Source of the DNA: Candidatus Kaiserbacteria bacterium
Lineage (GTDB): Bacteria; Patescibacteriota; Minisyncoccia; Phycocordibacterales; JABMNX01
Direction: 5' to 3'
Length of the DNA stretch: 64,000 nucleotides
Assembly: GCA_013204405.1 (NCBI GenBank)
Contig: JABMNX010000040.1
Location: forward strand, 1,046 to 65,045
In this document: positions 59,178-64,000 of the stretch, in pieces
How positions within the stretch are numbered: the stretch's first letter is position 1
Layout: the number at the start of each line of letters is the position of its first letter
Notes under the pieces: generated by a model
Database searches by the model: none
What the model saw: the letters and a program-made list of their open reading frames with translations, nothing else
Told to the model about the DNA's origin: nothing
Program-made: the position numbers and the translations under genes

Positions 59178-60156
59178 CGAATCAGAGAACACAACAATAG
59201 TAGTAGAGGAAAAGATGAATTCAATGCTTGTCCGTCTTGGAGTTCTCGGTGGTCTTTTGATGTTGAGTCTCTTTGTGTTTAACAGCAGTATTTTCACAAT
59301 AGAAAGCACTACTGCTGTTGCCACTCCAGTTAAAGCACTGCCTACACTAATTAGTCCGTTTGAACACGTGACTGTCGAGGCGAAAGCCGCATATGTGTAT
59401 GACGTTGTAAACGAAGAGATACTTTTTGCAAAAAATGAACGGTCGCAACTTCCACTGGCTTCTGTTACTAAACTTATGACTGCGCTTGTTGCGTCAGAAC
59501 TTATCTCTGAAGGAACTATTATCACAATAGGAGAAGACTCAGTAGCGGTAGATGGAGACAACGGGTTCCATGTTGATGAACACTGGAAATTTAAAGACCT
59601 TCTTGATTACACACTCCTTGTTTCTTCAAACGATGGCGCACACGCAATCGCGTCTGTTGCAGGCTCATTTTCTACCGACACAGCTCAGAGCTTAGAGGGG
59701 AAAAGTTCTAACCAGATATTTATAGACAAGATGAATCAAACAGCAGTGTCTCTCGGACTTACCCAATCGTACTTTATTAATGAAAGCGGTCTTGATAGAA
59801 GCACACTTGTTGGAGGGGGTTATGGTTCAGCTCGCGATATTGCATCACTTCTTGCATACATTATTTTTAATCGACCGGGGCTTTTGGAAGCAACGGCGTA
59901 TGAAAACCTTAATTTTATTTCAGAAGACCAATTTGTATACAACGCAACAAACACTAACTCAGCAGTAGGGAATATCCCCGGACTCCTCGCATCAAAAACT
60001 GGTTACACAGATTTGGCAGGAGGAAACCTCGCAATAGCATTCGACGCAGGAATCAACCATCCAATCGTAGCAGTAGTCCTTGGCTCCTCATTTGAAGGCC
60101 GATTTAGGGATATTGAAAAACTTGTTGACGCCAGTCTCGAAGAGATGGCTCAGTAA
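59167..60156 (+). CDS. D-alanyl-D-alanine carboxypeptidase (peptidase S11)
   Basis: SVTK, SSN and KTG motifs; N-terminal TM helix. Confidence 0.92.
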   Translation: MSNNESENTTIVVEEKMNSMLVRLGVLGGLLMLSLFVFNSSIFTIESTTAVATPVKALPTLISPFEHVTVEAKAAYVYDVVNEEILFAKNERSQLPLASVTKLMTALVASELISEGTIITIGEDSVAVDGDNGFHVDEHWKFKDLLDYTLLVSSNDGAHAIASVAGSFSTDTAQSLEGKSSNQIFIDKMNQTAVSLGLTQSYFINESGLDRSTLVGGGYGSARDIASLLAYIIFNRPGLLEATAYENLNFISEDQFVYNATNTNSAVGNIPGLLASKTGYTDLAGGNLAIAFDAGINHPIVAVVLGSSFEGRFRDIEKLVDASLEEMAQ

Positions 60157-60167
60157 AAAGACAGAAA

Positions 60168-60249
60168 TAAACGCCAAGGGTACCCTTGGCGTTTAATATC
60201 AATGGGAATAAGGGTTATTTACATAAACAACAAGGTCACCTTGTTGTTT
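60168..60249. repeat. Pair of related palindromes
   Basis: TAAACGCCAAGGGTACCCTTGGCGTTTA (60168-60195) and AAACAACAAGGT-C-ACCTTGTTGTTT (60225-60249). Confidence 0.85.
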
Positions 60250-60296
60250 GGTTTCGTTGATTTTAACAATATTTTGTGCGATTATAATATGCAATT

Positions 60297-61004
60297 ATGG
60301 CATATCTAAAATTTATACCAGACAAAAACCTCATTGCTATTGTGGGTAAAGTAGTTGAGGTGATCATAGCAGCTGAGAATAATGCAGATGAAAAATTATA
60401 TAAGAATGTGATTGACCCATTTTCTGCATTATTTCACGGAATAACCAAATCAATGTCATACAAAGAATGGCTTACTGAAGAGAAAACCCGGCAAATACAA
60501 AAGACTATGCAAAACGCAATTGGTAATTTTCACCAAGAAATAATTGGCTCTGTGCGTGATTGGGAAGACCTTGGTGCCGGTGGTGGTTTAGATGTTATAA
60601 ACAAAAAAAAGAGAATCATTGCAGAAATGAAGAATAAATTTAATACTACTAAAGGTAACCATAGGGTTGAAATATATGATGCTATAGAAGCGAAAATTAA
60701 GTCAAAAGAATACACTGGGTATACTGGGTATTATGTAGAAGTTATCTCACAAGGTAGGAATGTATATGACAATCTGTTTACTCCACCAGATAATAAGATT
60801 AAGAAAAATCGCCCTGAAAATAAAAAAATTCGAGTAATCGACGGTGTAAGTTTTTATGCGTTAACGACAGGTCGACCACACGCTTTGCAGGAATTATTCC
60901 AAGCGATTCCTGAAGTGTTATCAGACAACTATAAATACAAATTGAATAAAAAAGATCTCAAGCAATATTTTAGTTTGTTTGAAAAAGCTTTTTCCACAGA
61001 GTAA
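60297..61004 (+). CDS. Type II restriction endonuclease, Eco47II-like
   Basis: NVIDPF, RQIQKTMQNAIGNFHQ, LDV...AEMKNKFNT and IRVIDG.SFY; adjacent to a C5 methyltransferase. Confidence 0.82.
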   Translation: MAYLKFIPDKNLIAIVGKVVEVIIAAENNADEKLYKNVIDPFSALFHGITKSMSYKEWLTEEKTRQIQKTMQNAIGNFHQEIIGSVRDWEDLGAGGGLDVINKKKRIIAEMKNKFNTTKGNHRVEIYDAIEAKIKSKEYTGYTGYYVEVISQGRNVYDNLFTPPDNKIKKNRPENKKIRVIDGVSFYALTTGRPHALQELFQAIPEVLSDNYKYKLNKKDLKQYFSLFEKAFSTE

Positions 61005-61007
61005 CCA

Positions 61008-61066
61008 TTGCATAGGCAATGGTTACTTTCGTATAATAACTACAACTTAAAAGTTGTAGTTATTAT
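61008..61066 (+). promoter_or_regulatory. Methyltransferase promoter with an overlapping 16-bp inverted-repeat operator
   Basis: TTGCAT-18 nt-TATAAT; ATAATAACTACAACTT-AA-AAGTTGTAGTTATTAT at 61033-61066. Confidence 0.7.
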
Positions 61067-62312
61067 GAAAATAAAAAGACAATTCATAACAGCTGGAGAA
61101 GCGGCTATAAAATTGAATATCTCTATTGATACTGTTCGTCGTTGGGATAAGAGAAATTTAATAAAATCTTTTAGAGATAAGAGAAACTTGAGAATGTTTA
61201 GTCTGGAGGAGATAAAAAGAATACAAGAAAAGGCTAATGGAAAGAAAAAGGATAAATTTATTATCTTAAAGAACAAAAAAAAATACAATTACACTGCTAT
61301 CGAGCTGTTTGCTGGTGCTGGTGGGACTGCTTTAGGAATGGAGTATGCTGGCATTAAGCATGTTTTATTAAATGAACACGATAAGCATGCTTGCGAAACA
61401 CTGAGAACTAATAAGCCAGAATGGAACATCATAGAGGGGGACGTTAAAGAAATAAAATTTAAAGAAGGACAAGCTGACATAGTGCAAGGTGGATTTCCAT
61501 GTCAGTCTTTCTCATATGCAGGTAAAAAAATGGGGCTAGATGACATTCGAGGAACTTTGTTTTTTGAGTTTGCTAGATGTGTGAAAGAAGTTAAACCTAA
61601 AATAGCAATAGGAGAGAACGTTAAGGGTTTATTGAATCATGATGGAGGTAGAACTATCAAGACTATGGTTTCTATATTAGAGAAACTTGGATATAAGGTC
61701 AAATATAAAATTTTAAAGTCTCAATATCTTGATGTTCCACAAAAAAGAGAGCGGTTAATAATTATTGGGGTTAGAAATGATTTAAACATACCTATAGTGT
61801 TTCCAGAGGAAAAAGATTACATTGTTTCCTTGCGAGATGCATTACATAAATGTCCTCAGTCAGATGGACAGCAATATCCAGAAAAAAAGAGGAGGATCAT
61901 GGAATTAATCTCGCCTGGAGGATATTGGAAAGATTTACCAGAAAAACTCCAAAAGGAATACATGGGTGCTAGTTTTTATATGGGAGGTGGTAAAACAGGA
62001 ATGGCGCGCCGTTTAGACTGGGACGAACCATCTCTTACTTTAACTTGTAGTCCAGCTCAAAAACAGACTGAGCGATGCCACCCTGAAGAAACACGACCAT
62101 TGTCTGTTAGAGAATACGCTAGAATTCAAACATTCCCTGATAGTTGGAAATTTGCTGGATCCGTGACTCAACAATATAAGCAAATTGGAAATGCAGTACC
62201 AGTAAACCTTGGTTATCATATAGGCAATACTGTTATCAAAATGTTGGAAGGTAAAACTGAGGAACATATCGATGATCTGGTCTATACAGAACAAAAAATG
62301 TTCCAGTTCTGA
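61065..62312 (+). CDS. DNA (cytosine-5)-methyltransferase with an N-terminal MerR-type HTH
   Basis: AAIKLNISIDTVRRWD...R; ELFAGAGG, GGFPCQ, ENV, QKRER and YKQIGNAV. Confidence 0.94.
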   Translation: MKIKRQFITAGEAAIKLNISIDTVRRWDKRNLIKSFRDKRNLRMFSLEEIKRIQEKANGKKKDKFIILKNKKKYNYTAIELFAGAGGTALGMEYAGIKHVLLNEHDKHACETLRTNKPEWNIIEGDVKEIKFKEGQADIVQGGFPCQSFSYAGKKMGLDDIRGTLFFEFARCVKEVKPKIAIGENVKGLLNHDGGRTIKTMVSILEKLGYKVKYKILKSQYLDVPQKRERLIIIGVRNDLNIPIVFPEEKDYIVSLRDALHKCPQSDGQQYPEKKRRIMELISPGGYWKDLPEKLQKEYMGASFYMGGGKTGMARRLDWDEPSLTLTCSPAQKQTERCHPEETRPLSVREYARIQTFPDSWKFAGSVTQQYKQIGNAVPVNLGYHIGNTVIKMLEGKTEEHIDDLVYTEQKMFQF

Positions 62313-62343
62313 TGAAATATTTAATGCCTATACAAATAAAAAC

Positions 62344-62565
62344 ATGCAACCATATAACGATGTAGATAATGATTCTAATATTGAGGCATTTGAAACTGGT
62401 GATGATTACATATCAGTAAAGTTTTTCCATGGGTCTACATACACTTATACTTATTCAAGTGCAGGATCTAACAATGTTGAAGAAATGAAAAGATTAGCGC
62501 ATGCCCATGATGGGCTTAATTCATATATTAATAGACACAAGCCTGATTATGCTAGTAAACGATAA
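62344..62565 (+). CDS. KTSC-like small protein
   Basis: SNIEAFE....ISVKF..GSTYTY...GLNSYIN. Confidence 0.6.
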   Translation: MQPYNDVDNDSNIEAFETGDDYISVKFFHGSTYTYTYSSAGSNNVEEMKRLAHAHDGLNSYINRHKPDYASKR

Positions 62566-62582
62566 TAGAGAATGCGAATAGT

Positions 62583-63008
62583 GTGAAAGTTCTAATTTAT
62601 ATAGGAATAGCTATTATATCGATATTTACTCTGTTGTTTGTTATTGGTTTCATAATGTCTTTTATAAATTCAAGGAAAAGATTTAAACCACATGCCCACT
62701 TTCTTTATGATCAGTTCTCTGGTGTCGAAAAAGAATCTATCATGGAAATATGGAATGCGTTTAAATCTAAGAAACCAGATTTGGCAAACAATACAGCTCT
62801 AAACATTAACAGTGCTGATGAGGTACACATAAGAGAAGTTTTAAATCTTTTAAACAGACCTAGCGATTTATCTGGAGGCAAAACAAATGACACGGTAATT
62901 TGGAAAATCTACGTTTCAGAAGCAGAAAAGATTGGACTAAACCGAAGCGCCGCAGAGATAGTAGCTGGGATTGGATTCCATGGAATTGATGAAATAAAAT
63001 ATTTATAA
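62583..63008 (+). CDS. Hypothetical membrane-anchored protein
   Basis: N-terminal TM helix. Confidence 0.55.
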   Translation: MKVLIYIGIAIISIFTLLFVIGFIMSFINSRKRFKPHAHFLYDQFSGVEKESIMEIWNAFKSKKPDLANNTALNINSADEVHIREVLNLLNRPSDLSGGKTNDTVIWKIYVSEAEKIGLNRSAAEIVAGIGFHGIDEIKYL

Positions 63009-63017
63009 TTAATAAAA

Positions 63018-63416
63018 ATGTTTCGAATAATAAGAAGAGTTAGGAGAAGGAAGCCGACTAAGCACTACAGTGCACATAAGGAAACGGCTCGGGCATTTGT
63101 ACATGCTCACGTGGCTCTGTACGCGAAAGAGCATGGGTTTAAGTACAACAGGATTGCGATTCGTAATTCCAGGCGGTCTTGGGGAAGCTGTTCTGAACTA
63201 GGCAACCTAAACTTTCACTATAGAATTATATTTCTCCCACAAGAACTAGCGGAGTATCTAATCGTACACGAACTATGTCATCTGAGAGAGTTAAATCACT
63301 CTCCTCAATTTTGGGCACATGTAGAAGAAATTATTCCAAATTACAAAGAACACAAGAAAAACCTCATGACGCATAGCGGTTTAGCTACTAAAACGCCTAG
63401 TGTTTTAGTGGTTTAA
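63018..63416 (+). CDS. YgjP/DUF45-like metalloprotease-fold protein
   Basis: WGSCS..GNLNF and YLIVHELCHLRELNHSPQFW. Confidence 0.88.
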   Translation: MFRIIRRVRRRKPTKHYSAHKETARAFVHAHVALYAKEHGFKYNRIAIRNSRRSWGSCSELGNLNFHYRIIFLPQELAEYLIVHELCHLRELNHSPQFWAHVEEIIPNYKEHKKNLMTHSGLATKTPSVLVV

Positions 63417-63436
63417 TGATGTGCTAAAATGTCTAG

Positions 63437-64000
63437 ATGACATTAACTAAGACGGAGTTTAAGGAGTGGCTATTGTGTGGCAAATGCTTGTGGCTAAAGA
63501 AGAAAAGGCCAGAAGAGTATGTTGCTGGGGAGTTTTCTCTTTTTCTTAAAAAACTTATAAAAGACGGTTACGAAGTTGAGGCACAAGTTCAAAAACTATA
63601 TCCAAACGGTATTTTCGTATCTGGAGATAAAGAAACTCTTTTGTCGAAGACAAAAGAGTTGCTGGGGGGAGACAAGCCAATCTTTCAGGCAACATTTGAA
63701 ACAGTGCAGGGGCTTTTCGCTAAAGTCGATATGCTTAATTTTAATAAAGAAACGAGCAAGTGGGATTTGTATGAAATAAAGGCATCTTCTGAGATAAAGA
63801 CAGATTTAAAACATAATCACATTAAGGACGTCGTCTTTCAAACTATTGTTGTGGAAGATGCAGGAGTTGAAGTTGGTGATAGCTATATCATATATATAAA
63901 TAAAAAATACAGGCGTGACGGAGAAGTCGACCTTAAAGAACTTTTTGTTATTGAAAATGTTACTGAAATAGTTTCCGAGCAGAAAAGTGGAGTTCGTGAC
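63437..64000 (+). CDS. DUF2779-type protein with an N-terminal Cas4-like nuclease (3'-truncated by window edge; not in the ORF track)
   Basis: MTLTKTEFKEWLLCGKCLWL...IFQATF...KVDML...LYEIKASS...DVVFQ; open to the end of the window. Confidence 0.75.
   Translation, partial: MTLTKTEFKEWLLCGKCLWLKKKRPEEYVAGEFSLFLKKLIKDGYEVEAQVQKLYPNGIFVSGDKETLLSKTKELLGGDKPIFQATFETVQGLFAKVDMLNFNKETSKWDLYEIKASSEIKTDLKHNHIKDVVFQTIVVEDAGVEVGDSYIIYINKKYRRDGEVDLKELFVIENVTEIVSEQKSGVRD

Overview
AT-rich, gene-dense bacterial chromosome segment. Its gene set and protein architectures (short epsilon subunit, short L13, AlaRS without C-Ala, archaeal-type AspRS, sigma-70 r4/HARE-HTH protein, mostly Shine-Dalgarno-poor starts) point to Patescibacteria/CPR (Parcubacteria-like); this assignment is an inference. 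The housekeeping backbone is atpD-atpC, ychF, leuS, mltG, mnmA, ung, alaS, infA-rpmJ-rpsM-rpsK-rpsD-rpoA-rplQ-rplM-rpsI, grpE-dnaK-dnaJ, trpS, aspS, pepA, scpAB and a D,D-carboxypeptidase. The main discovery is a 14.4-kb element (6341-20751) integrated by a large serine recombinase into codon 6 of ychF, with an ATCGG direct repeat at both ends. Rejoining the ends rebuilds a symmetric attP that lies inside the recombinase gene. Excision would swap the 5-aa tail NRWTP for an open 45-aa tail stored 14 kb away at the left end. Integration gives ychF a new start from the same attP arm. Cargo includes a type I R-M system with nested DUF4145 and Abi-like genes, a nuclease-DUF4268 protein, a Xis-like HTH, a possible TerS-like protein, unannotated small ORFs and several highly structured non-coding segments. 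Other highlights are a Ham1/ITPase-like domain inserted in LeuRS, a base-damage repair cluster (NADAR, ATL/MGMT-like, UNG) and a type II R-M whose HTH-fused methyltransferase has a perfect 16-bp inverted-repeat over its promoter and start codon. All family calls come from motif recognition by eye; no database searches were run.
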